64,000 nucleotides of DNA from an uncultured Candidatus Saccharibacteria bacterium. GTDB taxonomy: Bacteria; Patescibacteriota; Saccharimonadia; Saccharimonadales; AWTP1-31. The stretch covers positions 10,343-74,342 of the forward strand of contig CAZWJA010000001.1 in the NCBI GenBank assembly GCA_964634445.1, given 5' to 3'. Within the stretch, counting starts at the first letter, position 1; every line of letters begins with the position of its first letter. The notes under the pieces were generated by a model. That model ran no database searches. It was not told the DNA's origin and saw only the letters and a program-made list of their open reading frames with translations. Both the position numbers and the translations under genes were made by a program. Below are positions 43,402 through 52,483 of this stretch, in pieces.

Positions 43402-44339
43402 ATAGTATAAGAAATTGCCGTATTGCAGGCTATGGTACGTATTTACCTAAGCAAACCGTAGAGTTTGAGGGGCAGACACGCTATCGAATATCTGGAGACG
43501 AAGATCAACTATCCATGGCTGTAGCTGCGTGCAAACAGGCTCTCGAAACTGCAAAACTAGATATTAATAATATCGACTGCATCGTCTCTGCCAGCGCTGT
43601 CGGCATCCAACCTATCCCATCTACGGCAGCACTGATCCATGAACAGCTTGCCCTCGGTACTAGTATTCCCGCACTCGACATCAACACAACGTGCACCAGC
43701 TTTCTAACGTCGTTAGACACAATGTCATACCTTGTTGCAGCTGGTCGCTATAAAAATGTTCTTATAGTTTCCAGTGAGGTTGGCTCGCTAGGCTTAAACC
43801 CTAAGCAACGGGAAAGCTATGAGCTATTCTCTGATGGTGCTGCAGCAATTGTGTTATCAACCCACACTGAACCATCCCAGGGAATTATTGCCAGTATGCA
43901 GTCAACGTGGTCTGAGGGCGCACATTCAACTGAAATCAGAGGTGGATTAACTGGCTTTCATCCAAAAAATTACAGTGAAGAAACCAAAGAAGATTACATG
44001 TTTGATATGGATGGTCGAACGGTTTTGCGTATTGCCGCAACGCATTTGCCAGAAATGTTTAACGAATTTATGACTAATTACGGTATTGGCTTTAAAGATG
44101 TTGACGTTATCATCCCACACCAGGCGAGCCGCGCACTGGATATGATCATGCGGCGTATGGGAGCACCGACCGGGAGCTACATTAACTGGGTACCGGAATA
44201 CGGCAATATGGTTTCAGCGTCAGTGCCATTTATTCTTTGTAAGCTTCTTGCAGACGGTAAGCTACAGAGAGGCGATAAAGTGTTATTATGTGGGACAGCC
44301 GCAGGTCTCACTGCGAATATTGTTGTGATGGAGGTTTAA
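43398..44339 (+). CDS. KAS III (FabH/OleA-like) condensing enzyme
   Basis: Cys-His-Asn triad: DINTTCTSF, PHQAS, YGNMVSAS. Confidence 0.9.
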   Translation: MNSIRNCRIAGYGTYLPKQTVEFEGQTRYRISGDEDQLSMAVAACKQALETAKLDINNIDCIVSASAVGIQPIPSTAALIHEQLALGTSIPALDINTTCTSFLTSLDTMSYLVAAGRYKNVLIVSSEVGSLGLNPKQRESYELFSDGAAAIVLSTHTEPSQGIIASMQSTWSEGAHSTEIRGGLTGFHPKNYSEETKEDYMFDMDGRTVLRIAATHLPEMFNEFMTNYGIGFKDVDVIIPHQASRALDMIMRRMGAPTGSYINWVPEYGNMVSASVPFILCKLLADGKLQRGDKVLLCGTAAGLTANIVVMEV

Positions 44340-44340
44340 T

Positions 44341-44580
44341 ATGTTAGAAGATGTTCAAGAAATTATTTACAAAGAGTTTGATATTGAAATAGATAAGCTC
44401 ACTCCTGAGGCAAATCTCAGGAATGATCTACACATTGACAGTATGGCGGCAGTGAATTTGTCTTTTGAGATTGAAGATCGTTTCAAGATTAAAGTTACCG
44501 ACGAAGAACTTGCTGGTCTTACTACTATTAACGACATTTTAAAGCTTATCGAATCTAAAGGTGTATCAGGAAAAAACTAA
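44341..44580 (+). CDS. acpP: Acyl carrier protein
   Basis: Acidic 79 aa protein, DLHIDSM attachment Ser, EIEDRFKI. Confidence 0.93.
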   Translation: MLEDVQEIIYKEFDIEIDKLTPEANLRNDLHIDSMAAVNLSFEIEDRFKIKVTDEELAGLTTINDILKLIESKGVSGKN

Positions 44581-45511
44581 CCGACCAGTCTTCTTATACC
44601 CCGGGCAAGGTGAATTGCAGGTTGGTATTGGTCGTGACATTTATGATCATAGTCAAGCTGCCCGCGAAGTATTTGATGTTAACCCGGAGCTAAAAGAATT
44701 ATGTTTTAGTGGTCCTCACGAAACACTCAACGATCCATATAATAATCAAGCTGCTAACTTTTTAGCCTGGATGGCCATAAGCGCAGCACTGGGAGAAGTA
44801 AATATACAGCCCGGAGCATTAGCGGGACAAAGCCTCGGTGAGTATGGCGCACTCTGCAGTGCTGGCTCCTTTAGTATTAAGGACGCTCTACCGATGCTAA
44901 AAGAGCGAGCAAGGCTTATGACCGAGCTGATTCCAGCTGATAGTGGCATGCATGCCATACTAGGCCTAGGCGCTACTACAGTCGAAACCCTCTGTCAGAA
45001 AGTATCCACAGCCGAAAGACCTTGCCAGGTAGCTATTTACAGTACAGCTGACAGGAATGTCATCACCGGCAATAAAACTGCTGTTACAAAATGTGCCGAA
45101 CTATGTGCTGAAGCTGGTGGCAAAACAATGCCTGTACGAGTTGCACGTGCTTTTCATTCATCACTAGGGCAACCAGCTAAAGAAGCGTTTGCCGAAGTCT
45201 TAAAAGACTTTCCAATTGCACAACCAAATCGTCCTGTCTACTACAATCGTGATGGGTCGAATGAATGTGAAGATATTGCTGGCATGTTGGCCGACCAGCT
45301 CATGAGCCCAGTCTACTTAGTAAAAGTAATCCAAAACTTGCTTGACGATGGCTACAGACAATTTATTAAAATCGGACCTGGTGGATTCTTTGGGGATGCT
45401 GTACGAACAATTGCGCACAATCAGAATATTGATATACAGATCTACAGTGTTGAGTCATTCGAAGATATTAACCAATTAGTCTTGAGGTTGAAAGAAGATG
45501 CGTATGCTTAA
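44561..45511 (+). CDS. fabD: Malonyl-CoA:ACP transacylase
   Basis: PGQG, GQSLGEY, conserved Arg, AFHS. Confidence 0.88.
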   Translation: MYQEKTNRPVFLYPGQGELQVGIGRDIYDHSQAAREVFDVNPELKELCFSGPHETLNDPYNNQAANFLAWMAISAALGEVNIQPGALAGQSLGEYGALCSAGSFSIKDALPMLKERARLMTELIPADSGMHAILGLGATTVETLCQKVSTAERPCQVAIYSTADRNVITGNKTAVTKCAELCAEAGGKTMPVRVARAFHSSLGQPAKEAFAEVLKDFPIAQPNRPVYYNRDGSNECEDIAGMLADQLMSPVYLVKVIQNLLDDGYRQFIKIGPGGFFGDAVRTIAHNQNIDIQIYSVESFEDINQLVLRLKEDAYA

Positions 45512-46745
45512 GCGACGCGTTGTGATTACGGGCATTGGAGTAGTGTCAGCCATCGGTAATGACACAAAATCTTTTTGGGATAGTATCAAAATGGGTACGT
45601 GTGGCATTGATTCTATTACCTCGTTTGATGCTACTAAGTCACCAGTTAAGCTGGCTGCTGAGATTAAGTCACTCGACAGCGAACAGTATTTTGAAGCACG
45701 AGACATCAAACATAACGCACGCTTTATGTTACTGGCGCGTATAGCGGCGCAAGAAGCCTACCACATGAGCGGCTTAGGGAACGTCAGTATTGACCGTGAT
45801 CGTTTTGGCGTGTTTGTTTCTTCAAGCATTGGCGGGATTGAAGTGTTGGAAGCCAACCAGCTGGCATTTATGCAGACAGATTCTCCGCGTGTTTCTCCAT
45901 ATCTAATCCCAAGCACACTTGTTAACTTAGCATCAGGTGCAATTGCCATCGACGTTCAGGCACATGGCAGCAATATGGCAGTAGTAACAGCCTGCGCTAG
46001 CGGTGCCAATTCCATCGGTGAAGCTTTTCTGAAGATTCAGCAAGGTTCACACGACGTTATTCTAGCTGGTGCGAGTGACGCAGCCATTACACCGCTATCA
46101 CTAGCAGGTTTCGCAGCTATGCGCGCTATGCATACTGGTGACGATCCGAACCGAGCCTGCATACCATTCGATAAGGAACGCAGTGGCACCGTTATGGGTG
46201 AAGGAGCAGGCATATTGGTACTTGAAGATCTTGAACACGCTCTAAAACGTAAGGCAACTATCTTGGGTGAGATTGTAGGGTACGGCACAAACTGCGACGC
46301 GTTTAGCATCACCTCACCCGAGCTTGAGGGTACGACCATTAGCAAAGCAATGCATAACGCAATTGATAGCGCCTCTGTCAGGATTGAGGAAATTGACTAT
46401 ATAAATGCCCACGGTACCGCAACGGTATTAAACGACAGTACCGAGAGCTTGGCTATCCAAAAAGTCTTTGGAGCACATACTAAAAATGTCTTAGTCTCTT
46501 CCACAAAGTCCATGACCGGCCATACACTTGGTGCGAGCGGAGCAATTGAAGCCATTGTGTGCTTGAAAGCATTGCAGGAGAACTTTGCGCCCCCTACGAT
46601 TAATTACCAGTCAGCTGACCCGAAGTGTGATTTAAACCTTGTAGTAAACAAGGGGGTTGATAAAGAGCTAAACCTCGTTTTATCTAACTCGTTCGGCTTT
46701 GGTGGGCATAATGCCAGTTTAATTTTCAAAAAATGGCAAGTATAG
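45498..46745 (+). CDS. fabF: Beta-ketoacyl-ACP synthase II
   Basis: TACASG, NAHGTAT, KSMTGHTLGASG, NSFGFGGHN. Confidence 0.95.
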   Translation: MRMLKRRVVITGIGVVSAIGNDTKSFWDSIKMGTCGIDSITSFDATKSPVKLAAEIKSLDSEQYFEARDIKHNARFMLLARIAAQEAYHMSGLGNVSIDRDRFGVFVSSSIGGIEVLEANQLAFMQTDSPRVSPYLIPSTLVNLASGAIAIDVQAHGSNMAVVTACASGANSIGEAFLKIQQGSHDVILAGASDAAITPLSLAGFAAMRAMHTGDDPNRACIPFDKERSGTVMGEGAGILVLEDLEHALKRKATILGEIVGYGTNCDAFSITSPELEGTTISKAMHNAIDSASVRIEEIDYINAHGTATVLNDSTESLAIQKVFGAHTKNVLVSSTKSMTGHTLGASGAIEAIVCLKALQENFAPPTINYQSADPKCDLNLVVNKGVDKELNLVLSNSFGFGGHNASLIFKKWQV

Positions 46746-48391
46746 ACACCCCCTGTAACATATCTACACTTAAGGCGATGCTGCGCCAAAGTACTGAGCG
46801 CTATGCTAATCAGACAGCATTTCATCTCGCAGACGGTTCTCATATTACCTACAAGGAATTTGCCGAGGATATAGACGCACTTGGTACTGCACTCATTAAC
46901 GCCAAAAGAAAACCAAAACGCATCGGTATTATTGGCGCGAACTCCTACGAATGGGGGCTTGCGTACCTTGCAACTATGAATGGTGCTGGTATTGCTGTAT
47001 CACTGGATAAAGAATTAACTAAACGAGAGCTGCTCGATTCTGTTGAACGAATCAAGCTTGATACAATTTTTTACTCTGATGATATCGCTCACAAAGTCCT
47101 AGCTACAAAGAAACAAGGCATTATTAAAACCTATATATCCATGTCACCCGACTCTAAAGAACAAACCATACAAGCACTCATTGAGCTCGGAAAACAAGCA
47201 CCAAAGAGAAACAGGCGTGCTTACCAGCAGATTAAAATTGATCCCGATGCGCTAGCGGCATTACTTTTTACATCAGGGACTACATCTCAATCAAAAATTG
47301 TCATGCTTTCACACAGGAATATTACAGCTGACCTTATACACGGCACGGCACATTTCAATCTGAGTCCAAGTGACCGTTTCTTATCAATTCTGCCAATGCA
47401 TCACATGTTTGAATGCGTAGCAGGTTTTTTGGCACCTTTGTACTCAGGTAGCTCAATCTATTTCAGCCAAGGTATTCGCCACATTGGACGAGAATTTAAG
47501 GAGCAGAAACCAACGGTGGTCATTTGTGTTCCTCGTGTCATCGAAGCCCTTTCTGGTAAGATCTGGAAAGGCATTCGTGAACAAGGTAAGGAACAGATTG
47601 TTCGAAGACTAATGTCTACTACTAATACTTTAGATAGGTTTGGGCTGCATATAAAACGGAAAGTTTTTGCAAAAGTTCACCATGAGCTCGGTGGAAATAT
47701 TCGCTTCTTCCTGAGTGGGGCAGCTAGTCTCAATTTAAAAACAGCCGAAGATATGACTCAGCTTGGTTTTACCATTTTTCAAGGCTACGGACTGACTGAA
47801 TGTTCACCCGCAGTTGCTATTTCCTATTATGGGAATAATGACCCTGACTCAGTTGGCCCGCCGTTAGCAGAAACGGATATATACATAGATAGGCCTAATG
47901 CTGATGGTAATGGAGAAATACTCATAAAAGGCCCGCAGGTCATGCTCGGCTATTATCAGAACAAAGCAGCCACCAAGCAAGTCATGCACAATGGCTATTT
48001 CCGAACAGGTGATATAGGCCAGATTAAGCAAAATGGCAGTCTAAAAATTATTGGACGCCTCAAAAATGTAATTGTTACAAGTGGCGGAAAGAAAATATAT
48101 CCTGAGGAATTGGAGTCTTTGTTATTGCAAAGCCCGGCTATAAAAGACGTCGTGGTTCATGGAGTAGAACACAACCATGGTATGCAGATCTGTGCGTCGG
48201 TAGTCCTTGCCGAAAATGAAAGCCCTACACAGAAACGGCAACTTGAAAAGACGGCAAGATCCCATATCAAGGCCATCAATAATAATCTTGCGAAATACGA
48301 ACAGATACACACCATCAAAATCCGAAACACCGATTTTGTGAGAACATCTACACTCAAAGTAAAAAGACACCTAATAAGTGCCTCTCAATAA
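46733..48391 (+). CDS. Long-chain acyl-CoA/acyl-ACP synthetase
   Basis: FTSGTT, GYGLTE, FRTGDIG, GRLKNVIV..GGKKIYPEE. Confidence 0.9.
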   Translation: MASIDTPCNISTLKAMLRQSTERYANQTAFHLADGSHITYKEFAEDIDALGTALINAKRKPKRIGIIGANSYEWGLAYLATMNGAGIAVSLDKELTKRELLDSVERIKLDTIFYSDDIAHKVLATKKQGIIKTYISMSPDSKEQTIQALIELGKQAPKRNRRAYQQIKIDPDALAALLFTSGTTSQSKIVMLSHRNITADLIHGTAHFNLSPSDRFLSILPMHHMFECVAGFLAPLYSGSSIYFSQGIRHIGREFKEQKPTVVICVPRVIEALSGKIWKGIREQGKEQIVRRLMSTTNTLDRFGLHIKRKVFAKVHHELGGNIRFFLSGAASLNLKTAEDMTQLGFTIFQGYGLTECSPAVAISYYGNNDPDSVGPPLAETDIYIDRPNADGNGEILIKGPQVMLGYYQNKAATKQVMHNGYFRTGDIGQIKQNGSLKIIGRLKNVIVTSGGKKIYPEELESLLLQSPAIKDVVVHGVEHNHGMQICASVVLAENESPTQKRQLEKTARSHIKAINNNLAKYEQIHTIKIRNTDFVRTSTLKVKRHLISASQ

Positions 48392-48410
48392 CTGCAGGCC
48401 TAGCAAGCAG

Positions 48411-49688
48411 TTATGCATAAAATTCCAGCTTTGATTCTCTAATTTGCAGTTTTGTTTCTATTCCTGCAGTTAATGCCGTTTTCTCGCTCTCTGTGCCATT
48501 TGTCAGCACATATCGGGCATATTCTACAAACGGATCGTCAAGCCGCTGGTCGACCTTGTAGTGCGTGAATAATGTTTTTGTAACATACATGTGCTTGTCA
48601 ACTTTGGCTCGTAATTTATCCGATATTTTGATCTGTTCATGATGTTGCTCGATAAAGTCCTGAAGTAACACACATAAATTGTCTTCGTTGACATATTTTT
48701 CGTTACAGTTCGGATCTTTGCGTCGAGTGCAGTTGTAGTAAACAAATCGTTTTATATCGCCACTTTTGAGCGTCTTAAATTTATCTTGGGCCGTAATATC
48801 TGCATCGCACTGTCCACACTTGAACAACCCCCGAAATGCGAAAGTCTTTGAGCCCCAAACCCCTTTGTTAACACCCCTAGTTTCTTGTACAAGGTCAAAC
48901 AGTTCCTTTGAGATAAGTGGCTTGTGCGCCCCGTCATACCAAGGCGCATCCGGCGCCTCAGGATATTGGAATCTGCCGTAGTAGAACGGTGTGCTTAGAA
49001 TCACAAGAATTTGGCTTACACTAATAGGTCTACCGGAACGGTTAGTAAATCCTTGCTCATCAAGCCAGGCCTTTAGCCTACGACCACTCCAGCGCTCATA
49101 TCCCGCCTTTTGAAACGCCTCACGAATCAGATCAGCTCGGTCAGGATCAAAGATTATGTCGTTGACACCTCCGAAAGCCCTGTTCATATAGCCGAGCGGG
49201 GCTACACCGGGCCGCCAACCCATCTCACATTTGGTACGAATACCACGCTTGACGTTGATGCTTTTATTGTCGTTCTCGAGTTTGGCTTGCGAGCAGAGGA
49301 TCATGAGCAAAAATTTCTCATTCGGACTATTGGTAAATGTCTGTGAATAAGTTCGAATATGTAGTAGCTTGTGTTGGTCCATTAGATCGACGACCGCACC
49401 CAAGTCTCCAGCATTTCGACTTAGACGATCTGGTGCCCACGTCAGGATTGCGTTGTATTCATCGTTTGCTAAACCAGCCAGCATTTTGTTATATACGGGT
49501 CGTTTACCTGAATCTTTGGCTGAATGACTCTCTTGCAATTCACAAACAACATTCAGACCTTCATTTTCGGCTAAGGCTCGCATCTCGGCGAGCTGTGAGT
49601 CGATAGACATAGCCTGGCGCTCATCGGATTCGCTCGACTTCCGAGCATACAGGCAGTATTTGAGTGTTGGTTGATTATTGTCCAGCAT
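48411..49688 (-). CDS. Large serine recombinase (integrase)
   Basis: YARKSSE catalytic Ser, DRLSRN, recombinase domain, Zn ribbon CGQC...YNC...C. Confidence 0.95.
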   Translation of the reverse strand: MLDNNQPTLKYCLYARKSSESDERQAMSIDSQLAEMRALAENEGLNVVCELQESHSAKDSGKRPVYNKMLAGLANDEYNAILTWAPDRLSRNAGDLGAVVDLMDQHKLLHIRTYSQTFTNSPNEKFLLMILCSQAKLENDNKSINVKRGIRTKCEMGWRPGVAPLGYMNRAFGGVNDIIFDPDRADLIREAFQKAGYERWSGRRLKAWLDEQGFTNRSGRPISVSQILVILSTPFYYGRFQYPEAPDAPWYDGAHKPLISKELFDLVQETRGVNKGVWGSKTFAFRGLFKCGQCDADITAQDKFKTLKSGDIKRFVYYNCTRRKDPNCNEKYVNEDNLCVLLQDFIEQHHEQIKISDKLRAKVDKHMYVTKTLFTHYKVDQRLDDPFVEYARYVLTNGTESEKTALTAGIETKLQIRESKLEFYA

Positions 49689-49750
49689 GGCTTTTTACCT
49701 ACCAAAGTAATGCCGCAGATCGATAGAGAAAGCTAGTACTTTTTGCAATA

Positions 49751-49780
49751 AAAAGAGCCGCATGCACCACGGCTCCTTTT
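49751..49780. terminator. Terminator-like hairpin after DUF4352 gene
   Basis: AAAAGAGCCG-N9-CGGCTCCTTTT. Confidence 0.65.
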
Positions 49781-49794
49781 ACTTCTTATTTTTA

Positions 49795-50361
49795 CTATTG
49801 AAGGCTTACTTTAATACCACCCGAGTAGGCGCTATCATGCAATTCAGCGACAGTTGGCGTTACATCTTTTGGTACATCAAAGACGATAGTACCTTCCACG
49901 CTATTGCCAGGATTGATATCGCTGTACCAACTACTACCTTGTGGGGCAGCGTAGAGGGTTGCAGTATCGTCAGCTGAGTATTCCTTATTAGCTGCATCTA
50001 GCAGCTTCTGATTAGCTGAGAATAGGCTCTGCTTTTCGTTACCGATGTTCTTAACACTCACATTCAGCAGACAGTATTGACCCTGTGCTGTTTTGGTCAA
50101 GTATTGGTTGGTGCCGACTGAAGCTTCGCCACACTTGATGCTTTTGACTATGAATTCGAACTTACCGTCTCGAACGGCTGCACCGATCTTAGCCGCTTCA
50201 GCTTTTGCTTCGGTTTTGGCTTCTTGCTTGTTGTTGCTTGAGCCTGTCGATGACTTGCTACCACCACCCGCCGCACTCGCTACTATACCTATAGCTACAA
50301 AAGCCAAGATTACGGTTAATATTTTATGTCTTTTGAACCAGTTTGCTTTTTGGTCTGCCAT
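49795..50361 (-). CDS. DUF4352 domain membrane-anchored protein
   Basis: WFKRHK+TM, VRDGKFEF, INPGNSVEGTIVFDVP; GGAGGA RBS before ATG 50361. Confidence 0.85.
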   Translation of the reverse strand: MADQKANWFKRHKILTVILAFVAIGIVASAAGGGSKSSTGSSNNKQEAKTEAKAEAAKIGAAVRDGKFEFIVKSIKCGEASVGTNQYLTKTAQGQYCLLNVSVKNIGNEKQSLFSANQKLLDAANKEYSADDTATLYAAPQGSSWYSDINPGNSVEGTIVFDVPKDVTPTVAELHDSAYSGGIKVSLQ

Positions 50362-50414
50362 ATTTCCTCCTTCTGGCATTTAATTAATGTCTCAGGAGGC
50401 TGGCCTATATATTA

Positions 50415-50551
50415 AAAGCGACAGCCACGCTGGACTGTCTAGGACCCAAACAAGCGCTTTCACGCCTATTCTTTTTTACGTAGCTGCCGCTTTCATGGCA
50501 TGAAGCTACGCATATAATGCTCGCTGTTAACGCTTGCTTGAATCCTAGACA
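50415..50551 (-). ncRNA. Structured RNA leader with alternative pairings (candidate attenuator or antisense-type RNA)
   Basis: 21-bp stem 50436-50456/50531-50551 and 15-bp stem 50415-50429/50479-50493, both fully paired only on the minus strand via G-U; TACAAT -10 at 50558-50563. Confidence 0.65.
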
Positions 50552-50589
50552 TGTTCCATTGTACTGCCAACAGATAAAGAAACCTAGCC

Positions 50590-52095
50590 CTACAGTTCGT
50601 CTCTATACCTAAGACCATAGATTCTCTTCATCTCAGAGCTACCCCAGAAGCCCCAACCCATAACAACGGTCCACAAGACATTAGTCTGAATGTAGTTCAG
50701 CGCCATCGAAACAGCATCAGCCAAATCGTCGTGCTTCTCAACCCCAAAACCTACCAGCTGTTGAATAACTTCCTGTATATTTCTGTCTTTAGGGAAGTAG
50801 ACTGCTCCTTGTTGGAATAGTGGGCTTGCGAGCTGTAAACGAGCCCGCTTGTCGGTATGAATTTTCACGCCTTTAGCCTTAAGACCTCGGTCTTGCAGTT
50901 GCTCTACAACAGCAGCCTGATACTGTACTTGTTCCACCAGCACGACAGGGTTGCATTCTCGTTTTAACGTCTCGTTCATCGCGACAATTGATTCTAGTGT
51001 TTCGAGATGTGTCATGCGCTTGTTAATAAAGCGCGAATCGATGTAATAGCAACGATCCTCGGGCTTATAGCCAAAGACATGAACTATCACAATTGCCGTG
51101 CAGTCAGCAGTGGCTTTTTGTGAAATTGCTAGATCGACTGATATAAAGGAATTAATGTACTGATTCTTAGGAATCTTGGCCGGTAATTCATCATAATACC
51201 GTATCCATCCGCCATCAATGACCTGATCATCGTCTGGAATAATCCGAAGCATATACTCACGTTCCCAGGCAATTTTGTTGCCGACAGCCCGCATAAGTGT
51301 ACGGAGTGCTAGCTTATCAGGGTATTTGCCTGGCCAGGTACTCTTGTCCCTTACCAGTATTGGAAATTCATAATACAATCCATCAATTTCATCATTTTCG
51401 ATGCGTTCCTTAAGGCGCATGAGTAGTGAGTCCTCATGTAACAAGTTACCGATAGCTATGCGCTTAGTGTTCGTATCGCCAGCAGGAATGATTTCACTGG
51501 TATACCAATCAAAGGTTTTGTTGCGACCTTCACGAGTTTTTACGGAAGCCATGTCTTCTACGTCATCGGCAATAATCAGGTCAGGACGATAAGCACCGTG
51601 GCGGATGCCTCGAACACTCTGCTCGGTACTGATTGCCGTGATGCGAGCATTGTACTTAGGAATGTAGAGCGAGGTTGAGCCCCATTCCTCGCGCTGTTCC
51701 ATGAAGGGTCCCATATCATTGGCCAGCAGTTCATTGCTTTCCAGCTCACGCTTGATGTTCATCAAGTGCACTCGAGCTTGATACTGCGTTTGGCTGGCAA
51801 TCAGCACGAACTTCTTCTGCTGTTTACCAACAATTGCCCAAATAGGGTAGCTCATTGTCATAATAGTCGACTTCGCTGATCCACGAAATGCCACTACTAC
51901 GGCCAATGGCAGCTCCTCATCTTCAGTAATAGCAAAGAGTTGCCGGTGCACATCAGCTGTTTCGTGAGTTATATAGTTCGCAAAGTAGGTTGAGAAAAAC
52001 CACTGGTGGCTTTGGGCAGTTACTTCAGCTCGTACTTTGTGGTCAGTAAATAATCGGTTCTGTAGGTCATATTTTGTTTGTTGCATCGCTGGCAT
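50590..52095 (-). CDS. Phage terminase large subunit-like
   Basis: Walker A FRGSAKST, Walker B LIIADD, nuclease VDLAIS and HDDLADA. Confidence 0.9.
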   Translation of the reverse strand: MPAMQQTKYDLQNRLFTDHKVRAEVTAQSHQWFFSTYFANYITHETADVHRQLFAITEDEELPLAVVVAFRGSAKSTIMTMSYPIWAIVGKQQKKFVLIASQTQYQARVHLMNIKRELESNELLANDMGPFMEQREEWGSTSLYIPKYNARITAISTEQSVRGIRHGAYRPDLIIADDVEDMASVKTREGRNKTFDWYTSEIIPAGDTNTKRIAIGNLLHEDSLLMRLKERIENDEIDGLYYEFPILVRDKSTWPGKYPDKLALRTLMRAVGNKIAWEREYMLRIIPDDDQVIDGGWIRYYDELPAKIPKNQYINSFISVDLAISQKATADCTAIVIVHVFGYKPEDRCYYIDSRFINKRMTHLETLESIVAMNETLKRECNPVVLVEQVQYQAAVVEQLQDRGLKAKGVKIHTDKRARLQLASPLFQQGAVYFPKDRNIQEVIQQLVGFGVEKHDDLADAVSMALNYIQTNVLWTVVMGWGFWGSSEMKRIYGLRYRDEL

Positions 52096-52483
52096 CCGTT
52101 TCTGCTAGACCAGCCAGTTGAAGGGCTCTGGAAACAGCATCAGCTTGCTCGGGGGTTAACTCTTGCTGGATTGCCTCAATACGGGCATCGACTTCTACAC
52201 GCGTTCGATATGCTCCATGATGATGCTTGAGCCAAAACATGATGGCGGTCATGTTTTGGCCTTTAATTGCACTGATCAACTGCGCTTCTGCCAAATCATT
52301 GACGACATGTGCGCTTTGCTCGATTGCTTCGTCACAGGCTTCGGCGAAAGCTTCATCGTCCTTACGCCAACGGTAGTAAGTAGCACGAGACAAGCCTAAT
52401 TGCTTGCAAGCCGCTTCAACGATTGGCGTTTTAGCCAATTTGGCCAACAATTTCTTCTTATCGGCTTCTTGATTACGACTCAT
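52067..52483 (-). CDS. HTH protein, terminase small subunit-like
   Basis: AACKQLGLSRATYYRWRKDD.AF, AIMFWLK; directly upstream of TerL. Confidence 0.75.
   Translation of the reverse strand: MSRNQEADKKKLLAKLAKTPIVEAACKQLGLSRATYYRWRKDDEAFAEACDEAIEQSAHVVNDLAEAQLISAIKGQNMTAIMFWLKHHHGAYRTRVEVDARIEAIQQELTPEQADAVSRALQLAGLAETDASDATNKI

Noticed and set aside
43398-46745. Complete FAS II pathway
   Set aside because: FabG, FabZ, FabI and ACC are not in the window.
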